From positions 117,394 through 181,393 of IMG/VR virus record IMGVR_UViG_3300042997_001281: a stretch of DNA of 64,000 bases; one strand, written 5' to 3'. Position 1 is the stretch's first letter, and every line of letters begins with the position of its first letter. Origin of the DNA: a virus. Lineage: Duplodnaviria > Heunggongvirae > Uroviricota > Caudoviricetes. Under the pieces are notes generated by a model. That model did no database searches, was not told the origin of the DNA, and saw only the letters and a program-made list of their open reading frames with translations. Of this stretch, positions 18,972 through 27,549 are shown piece after piece. Made by a program: the position numbers and the translations under genes.

Positions 18972-19803
18972 TATGAAAGAATCAAACAAATTAAAGGGTG
19001 GTAAATCTGATAATATGTCGATTAAAGACATTGCGATAAAACACGCCTACGACGATTCAACCGATTCAGTTGATAAAAAAGACATTGAAATCACGGTTTC
19101 AGAATTGTTAAAACAATTGAATAAAGGTATTAAGATTGAACTTGAACACACCAAAAATAAAAGCCAAGCAAAGGAAATTGCCATGGACCATATTGGTGAA
19201 GACCCAAAATACTATGATAAATTAAGTAAGATGGAGATTGAGGAGAAATGGTCACAGGAATATAAAGATTCTATAGATTGTTCAAATCCAAAAGGATTCT
19301 CACAGAGGGCACATTGTCAAGGTAAAAAGAAGAAACAAGATACCACAGAGGCGATGGGTGCAGAATCTGGTGGTTCATTTGAAATGGCGTTTAATAGTAA
19401 ACCAATTAATAGACCAATCACCAAGATACATAATATGAATGAAGAGGGTGATATCGATGAGGCGATGACTGCAGATTCTAATGGTGCGTATGATGCACCA
19501 TTCCCAAGTAAAAACCGTAAAAACCCACTGAGTATTGGTGGGGAAAAGAGTATCAAACAAAGTAGAGCGGTTAAGGATAAAAAATTCCCTAAATGGGGTG
19601 GTCCTAAGGGTGTTTACGTAAGAGTTAAGGATAAGTGTAAGAAATTCCCTTATTGTAACCAAGGAAGTACCAAAGCACTTGAATTCTATGAAGTGGATGG
19701 ATTGGTTGAAGCGGTAAAGAAAGTATCAAAAAAATACGGAATTCCATACTCAGAGATGGAGAAAGTAGTGTTAAATGAAATAAATAAGATATTTATAAGA
19801 TAA
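18961..19803 (+). CDS. Composite hypothetical protein with DUF5661-like and small Cys motifs
   Basis: KGIKIELEHT..A.EIAMDH..EDPKYY; KWSQEYKDSIDCSNPKGFSQRAHC; CKKFPYCNQG. Confidence 0.55.
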   Translation: MSSNMKESNKLKGGKSDNMSIKDIAIKHAYDDSTDSVDKKDIEITVSELLKQLNKGIKIELEHTKNKSQAKEIAMDHIGEDPKYYDKLSKMEIEEKWSQEYKDSIDCSNPKGFSQRAHCQGKKKKQDTTEAMGAESGGSFEMAFNSKPINRPITKIHNMNEEGDIDEAMTADSNGAYDAPFPSKNRKNPLSIGGEKSIKQSRAVKDKKFPKWGGPKGVYVRVKDKCKKFPYCNQGSTKALEFYEVDGLVEAVKKVSKKYGIPYSEMEKVVLNEINKIFIR

Positions 19804-19804
19804 T

Positions 19805-21259
19805 ATGAAAACAAATATTCAAAATATAATTAATGAAACCCTAATGGATGAGGTAAAAAGAACCATTTTAGAGGGTGAAAAAGGTAATGATGTGTTTCAT
19901 ATTACTTGTGAAGGTGAACCTATTGATTCATTTGAATCTGAGGAAGAAGCAAATCAACATTTAAATATTTATAAAGATAAACATCCTGAAAAGGAGTTTA
20001 TTATTGAAAAACAAAAATATAACTCACATTCTGATATGATTGACAAATTGGATGAGATGGGAGAAACCTTTGAAGTAAAAGAAACAAAAACCATGGAAAA
20101 AAAGTCTATAAAAGTTAAAAACATAGCACAAGCAATTTTAGATGCTAAAGAAAGAGGTCTTTCTGAAATAAAAGTAGGAACCGAATCTTATAATGTTAAT
20201 GAATACTATAAACAACTTGAAGAAGAAGAAATGCATTCTGGGTATGGTGATGTGAATGAAGAAGGTGATGTTGAAGAATCTAATGCATTTGTTTTAGCTG
20301 CCGATGCTGCTAGAGATGGTGGTAAAAAAGAATTTGAATTTCCAAAAGGAAGTGGTAAAATGCATAAAGTAACCATAACCAAAGATATTGACACTAATGA
20401 GGGTGAAATGGAAACATGTGATTCATGTGGTAAATCTGTTGAAGATTGTAAGTGTGAAGGTCATGACCATAAATTAAATGAAGGTGAAGGAATGTGCAAC
20501 GAATGTGGTTCTCCTATGAATGAGGAAGGACAATGTAGTGAATGTTCAACAATGAAGGAAGAAGATGAAACGGTTGTTACAAGTATGGATGACCTTGGCG
20601 AAGGTGATGACGAAGAAATCGTTACATCTTTAGACCAGTTAGGTGAATCTAAAAGGGCAACTTTAAGATTGTCAGAAAGTGAATTAGTTTCATTGATTTC
20701 AAGAATGGTTTCTGAATCAGTACCGGGTCTTGAGTTTACTAAGAAGGTGCAAAAAACTTCGGGTGACGACTCTAAATCACACATGTCTGATGTTGAAAAG
20801 AAATTGAAAGACATCTCAACGTTTGATGGTAATGATAACCCTGAGTTTCCTAACCAAATCAATAAAGGTGAGAAAGTTGCTCAAAGAACAACTGACGAAG
20901 AAAACGAAACAATTGAAGATAATAGAGGTGGTGGAATGGAAGATTTACAATACGACTACGAACCATCAGAAAGATTTAAAGTAAGATTAAAAAAGGCGTT
21001 AGAGGGTGATTCTACAATGGGTAACTCACACGACGCGGCAAATGTTATCCCTTCTAAAACAGGTGAGAACATGGGTAAAAAAGTAGAAAGAAAAGCAAAG
21101 AAGTTAGCGGGAGAAAAACAAGTTAGTTGGGGACATAAAGGTATTGAACCTTTGAACGTTAAAACAGTTAACGAGTCTAAAACTACAATGTCATCAATCT
21201 TAGAGGAAGAAGTTCAAAGAATGAAAAAAATCTTTGGATACAACGAAAAAACTCAATAA
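19805..21259 (+). CDS. Acidic hypothetical protein with Zn-ribbon-like CxxC motifs (possibly head/scaffold-associated)
   Basis: 484 aa, E-rich; CDSC..C.C and CNEC...CSEC; TATTTAT at 19790. Confidence 0.5.
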   Translation: MKTNIQNIINETLMDEVKRTILEGEKGNDVFHITCEGEPIDSFESEEEANQHLNIYKDKHPEKEFIIEKQKYNSHSDMIDKLDEMGETFEVKETKTMEKKSIKVKNIAQAILDAKERGLSEIKVGTESYNVNEYYKQLEEEEMHSGYGDVNEEGDVEESNAFVLAADAARDGGKKEFEFPKGSGKMHKVTITKDIDTNEGEMETCDSCGKSVEDCKCEGHDHKLNEGEGMCNECGSPMNEEGQCSECSTMKEEDETVVTSMDDLGEGDDEEIVTSLDQLGESKRATLRLSESELVSLISRMVSESVPGLEFTKKVQKTSGDDSKSHMSDVEKKLKDISTFDGNDNPEFPNQINKGEKVAQRTTDEENETIEDNRGGGMEDLQYDYEPSERFKVRLKKALEGDSTMGNSHDAANVIPSKTGENMGKKVERKAKKLAGEKQVSWGHKGIEPLNVKTVNESKTTMSSILEEEVQRMKKIFGYNEKTQ

Positions 21260-21267
21260 ACTTCTTT

Positions 21268-21762
21268 TTGTCCTTTTCTTTCCTTATATTTTTTATATTC
21301 GGCAACATGGAAAAGAGAGAAGATTACATTGAGTTTGAAACTACCGACAAATACAAACATCAAATCGACATTTGGTACAGGGCATATAACATACATAGAG
21401 AGAGGGTAGAACTTTTTTATGATTTTCTATCTTCTTTATATGAACTAGTCGATACCACATTCTTAGGTGTCGATGTCCTATTCAACGAGACAGACCAACG
21501 AAACCACTTCAACTGGTGTTGGGATAAATTACTGTCTGATTTTTCAAAGGAAAAGATTTATTTTAAAGAAAAGGGTAATCATTATGAATACCTTTGGAAT
21601 TTCTTCTATGAGGCATACTACGGTACCAAAATGGATGAAGGTAATCCCCGTATGGGTGAGTATTTCTATAAATTATTTGACTTCAAACATAAAAAATCAA
21701 GGTCAGAGCTTGATATGTTAACTGAGGTCTATAAATTATTAGAACAAAACTTGAAAAAATAG
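21268..21762 (+). CDS. Hypothetical protein (possible start ATG 21307)
   Basis: Aromatic-rich helical ORF. Confidence 0.55.
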   Translation: MSFSFLIFFIFGNMEKREDYIEFETTDKYKHQIDIWYRAYNIHRERVELFYDFLSSLYELVDTTFLGVDVLFNETDQRNHFNWCWDKLLSDFSKEKIYFKEKGNHYEYLWNFFYEAYYGTKMDEGNPRMGEYFYKLFDFKHKKSRSELDMLTEVYKLLEQNLKK

Positions 21763-21779
21763 AATTTTTTCCGTATATT
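21751..21779 (+). promoter_or_regulatory. Sigma70-like promoter for the Hc1 operon
   Basis: TTGAAA(21751-56)-N17-TATATT(21774-79). Confidence 0.5.
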
Positions 21780-21799
21780 AGTAATAAAAACGGAAAAAT

Positions 21800-21979
21800 A
21801 TGGAAACGCTAAAGAAAATAAAAGACTTGGTGGAGAAAATGTCTGTTGACACTACTAAAGTTTATGAAAAGGGTAACCGAAGTGCATCGATACGTGCTAG
21901 GAAACACGCACAGGAGGTTAAAATACTAATGGCACAATATCGTAAAGAAATTTTGGAGGAGATTAAACAACATGATTGA
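21800..21979 (+). CDS. Histone H1-like (Hc1 family, Bacteroidota type) small DNA-binding protein; not in the ORF track
   Basis: METLKKIKDLVEKMSVDTTKVYEKGNRSASIRARKHAQEVKILMAQYRKEILEEIKQHD contains the GN.SA..RARK...E......RK motif. Confidence 0.75.
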   Translation: METLKKIKDLVEKMSVDTTKVYEKGNRSASIRARKHAQEVKILMAQYRKEILEEIKQHD

Positions 21980-22151
21980 GCAATTTAAATTATTCTTACT
22001 CATTCTGAGTTGTGTTTACACTCTAAGATTCATATTGGAGTTTATAGTTAAACTATTTCAGTCTGAACCGGTACCGATGAAGGTATCAAAAGTAAATGAA
22101 ACGATTCTTTACTTAACAACATCATACATAATAACTTACTTTATAATTTAA
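21972..22151 (+). CDS. Small two-TM membrane protein; not in the ORF track
   Basis: MIEQFKLFLLILSCVYTLRFILEFIVKLF...ILYLTTSYIITYFII; overlaps the Hc1 stop. Confidence 0.5.
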   Translation: MIEQFKLFLLILSCVYTLRFILEFIVKLFQSEPVPMKVSKVNETILYLTTSYIITYFII

Positions 22152-22155
22152 CAAC

Positions 22156-22620
22156 GTGTTTGAAACTATAAGATTTTTAAGACCTTTCTTTTTCTCATTA
22201 AGGGAGATTGACGGCAATGTCAGTTTAGACATTAAACTACCTGTAACATGGAGATTCGAACAAATCGTCGCTCCGTATAAATCAATTAAAACAAAAGTCC
22301 AAGACAAGAACGATAAGTTTACTTTGTTGTCATTGATTTCACATGCAACCACAGATGGTTATGATGTTGTCTTCAGATGTGCTCAGGATGTAATCGACAC
22401 TAACAAAGAGATGGAGGAAAAACAAAAACTACTACAGTCAAAAATTAAAGAATTGGAATTGCTGTTCCAACATGAAACACTTGATAAACTAAAAGAAATT
22501 TCATTTATAGATAATGGCACAGAAAAACAACAAGAGCCTACAACAGGGATTAAATTGGTTGAAGAAGGAAGCGGAGAGGGACCAGAGGGAGATTCTGAAC
22601 CAGAAGAGGAGGATGATTGA
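22156..22620 (+). CDS. Hypothetical protein
   Basis: GTG start, coiled coil, acidic tail. Confidence 0.55.
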   Translation: MFETIRFLRPFFFSLREIDGNVSLDIKLPVTWRFEQIVAPYKSIKTKVQDKNDKFTLLSLISHATTDGYDVVFRCAQDVIDTNKEMEEKQKLLQSKIKELELLFQHETLDKLKEISFIDNGTEKQQEPTTGIKLVEEGSGEGPEGDSEPEEEDD

Positions 22621-22729
22621 GGAAATCAAAAAAATTGATAAGACTCAAATGTTCAAAGAACCTGAAAAAAAGAAAATAAACATATTTACTAAAATACTAA
22701 TGATATTCGGTTATGGAAAAAAAGGGTGA
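22514..22729 (+). CDS. Hypothetical basic protein
   Basis: 71 aa; overlaps the low-complexity tail of the upstream gene. Confidence 0.45.
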   Translation: MAQKNNKSLQQGLNWLKKEAERDQREILNQKRRMIEEIKKIDKTQMFKEPEKKKINIFTKILMIFGYGKKG

Positions 22730-22964
22730 CTTATTAAATCAACTTGCGATTGTTAGCGATTTAATTGAAAAATTAAATATCGCCTCGGTTTCAAACACAA
22801 TCGTAATTGAGGTTGCCGAATTAGAATTCTATAAAACATATGATTACGTTTCTAAAAAACAAAATAGAAAAACCTCAAACCCCGGTAAATCATTTACAAT
22901 TAAAATGGGTGAGGTGGATATTGTGTTTAATAAGAGTAATGACGAAAAAGTTCAGTCCTCTTAA
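22713..22964 (+). CDS. Hypothetical protein
   Basis: 83-aa ORF convergent with the minus-strand operon. Confidence 0.5.
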   Translation: MEKKGDLLNQLAIVSDLIEKLNIASVSNTIVIEVAELEFYKTYDYVSKKQNRKTSNPGKSFTIKMGEVDIVFNKSNDEKVQSS

Positions 22965-23565
22965 ATCCTTTTGATTCCAATAAAGTATAAAGTAATTTTC
23001 TTTGAGCGGTAGTTACATCTTTAACGAAGATGAAATTACCCTTTTTCTTTTTTAATAGGTCCTCTCTAACCAAACCAAACAATCTCTCAGCATCCGCAAT
23101 ATTTTTATTACCGTACAATCTTATATCATCCTCAACCTGTACAAATAGTTTGTTATTTAATGTGAATATCTGACCAATCTCCGATATCTCCATTATTGAT
23201 GATAACATCTCATGATATCGGATTCTTTTCTTTGTTTGAAAATCATAAATTAATTCTTCTTTCCAATATGGAATAATTTCTTTGATGCGAAGTTTATCGT
23301 CTTCCATCTTTGTCTCAATTAATCTACCAAGACTATCTTTAACATATGTACTCTTAACCCAACGACTATTTGGGAAGATTAATGCCAATTCAAATAATTG
23401 TTCTTGTTTTCTTTTACCACCTTGTGTCTTTAAGAAACGTGGTTGTCTTTCAGTTTTAAATTCGCGCCAGTACTCATGTATTGTCGTCAGTTTCTGACAA
23501 CGATACAAAATTTTTATTCTCTTCTTATTACAGAAAAGAACTATAAAGTACTTTCCGTTTTTCAT
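22927..23565 (-). CDS. Hypothetical basic protein
   Basis: 212 aa; ATG overlaps the stop of the upstream minus-strand ORF. Confidence 0.6.
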   Translation of the reverse strand: MKNGKYFIVLFCNKKRIKILYRCQKLTTIHEYWREFKTERQPRFLKTQGGKRKQEQLFELALIFPNSRWVKSTYVKDSLGRLIETKMEDDKLRIKEIIPYWKEELIYDFQTKKRIRYHEMLSSIMEISEIGQIFTLNNKLFVQVEDDIRLYGNKNIADAERLFGLVREDLLKKKKGNFIFVKDVTTAQRKLLYTLLESKGFKRTELFRHYSY

Positions 23566-23714
23566 ATAAACTTACAGATGAGTGTGTAGATACCGTAAAT
23601 GGCGAACCCACTCCAAATAACAACAAACCACATCACCCCCTTCTGAACAAACTCGGTGCTCTTAACCAATTCCTCCTTGAGAGATTGTTTTTTCTTACAT
23701 TCTGAACATGCCAT
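23562..23714 (-). CDS. 50-aa protein with CxxC N-terminus and C-terminal TM; not in the ORF track
   Basis: MACSECKKKQSLKEELVKSTEFVQKGVMWFVVIWSGFAIYGIYTLICKFI; ATGA overlap with the next gene. Confidence 0.55.
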   Translation of the reverse strand: MACSECKKKQSLKEELVKSTEFVQKGVMWFVVIWSGFAIYGIYTLICKFI

Positions 23715-23721
23715 AATTTAA

Positions 23722-23750
23722 AGTATACATAATAAATAGGAGTTTGTCAA
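23722..23750 (-). promoter_or_regulatory. Near-consensus sigma70 promoter for the minus-strand operon
   Basis: TTGACA(23750-45)-N17-TATACT(23727-22) on the minus strand. Confidence 0.65.
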
Positions 23751-23857
23751 GAAATAAGGACACTCAAAAAACTTTGACCCACCTCTTTTTTTTACGGTTT
23801 TTTTTACTTATATTTTCTAATACGTACAAATAAAACACTAAATTACAACTTTAGGAG

Positions 23858-24745
23858 ATGATATCATACATTGGTGGAAAAGCAAGAATAGGTAAATGGA
23901 TAGTTCCGTACATACCAACGGATATTGAAACATATGTTGAAGGGTTTTCAGGGATGTTTTGGGTTTTCTTTAACATGGATTTAAAGAACTACCCTAACTT
24001 GAAAACTGTAGTCTACAATGACTTTAATGGATTGAACGCCAATCTATTTAAATGTTCAAGAGACTGCGATAGGATGTGGGAAGAGTTGGCAAAATACCCA
24101 TGTCAACAGGTTGGTGTTGAGGTAACCCCACCTGAATATGAACAGATGTTCAAAACCTATCAAAAAGAGGTGTTTAGTCCTGATTTAGTAATTGGAGACG
24201 AACCTAACTATGATGTTGCTGCGAAGTACGTCTATGTGTTAACCCAAGTATTCTCGGGGTCAAAACCCGAGTCATCAAATTACACTGATTATAAGGGTAA
24301 GTACAGATGTAAAGTCTTGATATTCATGGATAAATTAAAACATCTTGAATACCGAGCACATTTAGGGAGAATCACATTCGTTGAGAATATGGATTTTCAA
24401 ACAGTAATTGAAAAATACGATTCACCCACAACATATTTCTATATGGACCCACCGTATTGGAAAACTGAGAACTATTACTCAAACCACGACTTCGATTCAA
24501 AAGACCACGAAAGATTGGCAAACGCATTGAAGGGTGCACAAGGTAAATTTAGTTTATCATATTACGAATTCCCACAACTACATGATTGGTTTCCAATATA
24601 CGGAACCAATGTAGGTGAGAATGGTCAACTATCAATGTTCAGTAAACAATTTAGATGGGAAAGACGAACGTTCAAAAAGGCCGCGGGTTCTAAGAAAGAT
24701 GGAACACAAAACGATGGCATCGAATTACTGATAATGAATTATTAA
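23858..24745 (+). CDS. D12-class (Dam/EcoRV-like) N6-adenine DNA methyltransferase
   Basis: ISYIGGK, YVEGFSG..WV, VYNDFN and YMDPPY motifs. Confidence 0.9.
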   Translation: MISYIGGKARIGKWIVPYIPTDIETYVEGFSGMFWVFFNMDLKNYPNLKTVVYNDFNGLNANLFKCSRDCDRMWEELAKYPCQQVGVEVTPPEYEQMFKTYQKEVFSPDLVIGDEPNYDVAAKYVYVLTQVFSGSKPESSNYTDYKGKYRCKVLIFMDKLKHLEYRAHLGRITFVENMDFQTVIEKYDSPTTYFYMDPPYWKTENYYSNHDFDSKDHERLANALKGAQGKFSLSYYEFPQLHDWFPIYGTNVGENGQLSMFSKQFRWERRTFKKAAGSKKDGTQNDGIELLIMNY

Positions 24746-24748
24746 TTT

Positions 24749-25042
24749 ATGGAGAAATCACCTGAGGTATTAATTTATCTGCAGACTGTAAAAAAATATA
24801 TCGATGGTAATGAAGACGCAAAAAGGTATTTTATTGCCAATGATAGTGAATCTGATTTTTTTGATTTGGTAAGTGACATTTCACAAATCAATTTTGAAAA
24901 GAGAGGACAACCGGAATTAAGTAAAGAACAATTTGAATTAGTTAGAATAACATTAGTTGCATTTAAAAAATCAGAAGAGGAAATACCGGATGACTCAATA
25001 TACGAATACATCCCAAACCAGATAAATTTTTATTTAAAATAA
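24749..25042 (+). CDS. Hypothetical protein
   Basis: 97-aa ORF tightly coupled within the operon. Confidence 0.55.
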   Translation: MEKSPEVLIYLQTVKKYIDGNEDAKRYFIANDSESDFFDLVSDISQINFEKRGQPELSKEQFELVRITLVAFKKSEEEIPDDSIYEYIPNQINFYLK

Positions 25043-25043
25043 G

Positions 25044-26117
25044 ATGAATAGATTACCAGAAAAATACCCACTACACGAAATTTCATATGGATATGAAATG
25101 CCGTTAGAACAATTATTTGTTCATTACTTCGACGCAGTACCGTCTAAATTTTCAGATTCAACAAAAAAATACGGACATAATTTATATAACCACTTAATTT
25201 CAAATAAATTTTATTTAGAAGTGGAGACAAGACACACCGGTAGAAGATACGATAAACCATCGAATAATCATTTATTCTTTAATGCGGATGGTCATCTTGG
25301 TATCCTATTAAAAGGTAATTATGATAAGACTCATGGGATTTATTATGAGATATCAGTACTTTATAATACTCAGAATGGTTCATTCGAAGAGCAAACTGTA
25401 TATTTGGATTTAAGTCAATTTGAAATCTCAATTAAAAAATCGGGCATCAACTTGGTCAAATCAGAAATGGGACATTTAGATACTGAAGAGTATGAGATGA
25501 ATGTACCTGATATTAATTTGGAATTAAATTACGGTTCTGAGTTTGTTAAAGTACATGATGTTATCATCAAAAGATTAAACAACCCGAATGATAAAGGTAT
25601 TATCCTATTTCACGGTGACCCGGGGACAGGTAAAACTTCATATATCAAATATCTTACTCGTTTGATTACAGATAAGGAAATTTTATTCATTCCACCATCA
25701 ATGGCGGAATCATTATCCGAACCATCAATCATTCCATTCCTAATGGAACATAAGAACTCTATTTTGATTGTAGAGGACGCTGAGAGAGTTATTGCCGATA
25801 GAGAGGGTAATGGGTCATCTGTTGGAGTTTCGAACATCCTGAACCTTACAGACGGTATTCTGGGTGATTGTTTGAACATTCAGGTTGTGGCAACATTTAA
25901 TATGAAAAGAGAGAAGATTGACCAAGCGTTACTTCGTAAAGGAAGATTGATTGCCGAACACAAATTTGAAAAACTAACAACTGAAGAGTCAAATCGTCTT
26001 TTAGAACACCTTGGAAATGAAAAAAGGGTTGACAAAGGAATGACTTTGGCTGATATTTACAATATAGACGAAGAAGTCTTTAAACACGATAATAAAACAC
26101 AAATAGGATTTAATTAA
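25044..26117 (+). CDS. AAA+ ATPase (BCS1-like)
   Basis: Walker A GDPGTGKT, Walker B LIVEDAE, ILNLTDG, IDQALLRKGRL. Confidence 0.9.
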   Translation: MNRLPEKYPLHEISYGYEMPLEQLFVHYFDAVPSKFSDSTKKYGHNLYNHLISNKFYLEVETRHTGRRYDKPSNNHLFFNADGHLGILLKGNYDKTHGIYYEISVLYNTQNGSFEEQTVYLDLSQFEISIKKSGINLVKSEMGHLDTEEYEMNVPDINLELNYGSEFVKVHDVIIKRLNNPNDKGIILFHGDPGTGKTSYIKYLTRLITDKEILFIPPSMAESLSEPSIIPFLMEHKNSILIVEDAERVIADREGNGSSVGVSNILNLTDGILGDCLNIQVVATFNMKREKIDQALLRKGRLIAEHKFEKLTTEESNRLLEHLGNEKRVDKGMTLADIYNIDEEVFKHDNKTQIGFN

Positions 26118-26122
26118 AAAAT

Positions 26123-26440
26123 ATGCAACAAGTATCAAGTGAAGAATTGGAACAAATGAAGTTCCGTGGAGAAAAAGTATTAGCGGATTTCTACGCCGAC
26201 TGGTGTGGACCCTGTAAAACGTTAATCCCAAGATTAGAAAGATTAGAATCAGAGTACCCTGACGTTAAATTTGTTAAGGTAAATGTTGATGATAACCAAT
26301 CATACATGTTAGATTTGGGTATTCGCTCAGTACCGACTGTTATATTTTTTGATGGAAATTTAAAAGTTAACACAACCACAGGTATACAAGCCGACACTCA
26401 TTATCGAGATGTATTGTCACAATTGAGTATAAATGAGTAA
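26123..26440 (+). CDS. trxA: Thioredoxin
   Basis: DFYADWCGPCK active site; IRSVPT cis-Pro loop. Confidence 0.92.
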   Translation: MQQVSSEELEQMKFRGEKVLADFYADWCGPCKTLIPRLERLESEYPDVKFVKVNVDDNQSYMLDLGIRSVPTVIFFDGNLKVNTTTGIQADTHYRDVLSQLSINE

Positions 26441-26726
26441 TAAATTGTTATTGTTCACCCTAAAAGGATGTGGACACTGTAAAACCCTAAAGGGTAAACT
26501 AAAAGAACTTTCCATTCCGTTTACCGAAATTGATGTTGATTCTAATCAAAAATTATGGGACCAAGTGGTTGCTCAAACCAAATTGGATTACCTACCAACA
26601 TTTTTTATAAAACAGGAAGGAACCGAAAATGGACCTGTTTTTTGTCCCACAAGGGACTTCAATAACGAGGAAGAAGCGTTAGAAATTATAAAAAAGTACA
26701 TTACTTTAGAAAAAGAGGATAATTAA
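26433..26726 (+). CDS. Glutaredoxin-like protein
   Basis: CGHC motif and LPT loop, thioredoxin fold. Confidence 0.75.
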   Translation: MSNKLLLFTLKGCGHCKTLKGKLKELSIPFTEIDVDSNQKLWDQVVAQTKLDYLPTFFIKQEGTENGPVFCPTRDFNNEEEALEIIKKYITLEKEDN

Positions 26727-26738
26727 TCCTCTTTTTTT
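26710..26738 (+). terminator. Intrinsic (possibly bidirectional) terminator
   Basis: AAAAAGAGGAT-aatta-ATCCTCTTTTT(TT), perfect 11-bp stem. Confidence 0.65.
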
Positions 26739-26787
26739 GTGCCTATAACTTAATATAAAATATTTATGTAAAAGACTTTACTTTTAC

Positions 26788-27501
26788 ATGGCATTACAAA
26801 AGATTAATTGGACACAAATTGAGACGGTTCCACCTTCAGGTACTACGGTAGTTTTAGGTAGTATCGGTTCCCCATTAGAGGGAATATTCGCTAATGATTT
26901 AAACGTTAGTGGAGCACTCACAATCAATACCCTCCAAACATCTGGTAGTGTTGTTGTTGGTGGTAACTTAACTGTACTTGGTACAACTACCACTATTGAT
27001 TCAACCACAATATCCCTTGGCGATAATATTATCGAACTAAACGGGACTGCAGATGCATTTGGTGGTTTTATCGTTAGAGACCCAACATCACCAAATTTGG
27101 TGTCGGGAAGTTTATTATGGGATTCCGCAAATGACAGATGGATAGCGGGTCCTTCAGGTTCTGAACAACCAATTCTTATTGGTGGTTTGGGTAACACAAA
27201 TGTGTTACAAAAAGTTCATGCGAACGGTACTCTTGTAGATTCACGAGTATCTGACGACGGTTCCATCATTACTATTAGTGGTGCGACCATAATTAAGGGA
27301 GATTTAATCGTTGAGGGTAAAACAACCCTTATTCAGAAAAATGACCCAAATACCGAATCTCTTGTGGTTTCAGGAACGATGTCTATTGTTCAAAACATGA
27401 TTAACACACAAGTAGTATCCGCCTCTTTAAGTCTCCAAGGTTTGGGTGTGTTTTCCAATCCAACCGCAAATGCTGAAATTGACTTGGGAGGTTTTATTTA
27501 A
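26788..27501 (+). CDS. Tail fibre-associated protein
   Basis: G/S/T/V-rich beta repeats; DNIIELN..FGG..V.D..SL.WD module shared with other fibres; TATTTAT at 26761. Confidence 0.6.
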   Translation: MALQKINWTQIETVPPSGTTVVLGSIGSPLEGIFANDLNVSGALTINTLQTSGSVVVGGNLTVLGTTTTIDSTTISLGDNIIELNGTADAFGGFIVRDPTSPNLVSGSLLWDSANDRWIAGPSGSEQPILIGGLGNTNVLQKVHANGTLVDSRVSDDGSIITISGATIIKGDLIVEGKTTLIQKNDPNTESLVVSGTMSIVQNMINTQVVSASLSLQGLGVFSNPTANAEIDLGGFI

Positions 27502-27549
27502 AGGAAAAATTAACTATTTATATAAAAGAAAAAAAATTATACAAAAATT

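Noticed and set aside
22514-22620. Frameshift linking 22156..22620 and 22514..22729
   Set aside because: The downstream ORF has its own ATG and no slippery site is evident; a simple overlap with a low-complexity tail explains it.
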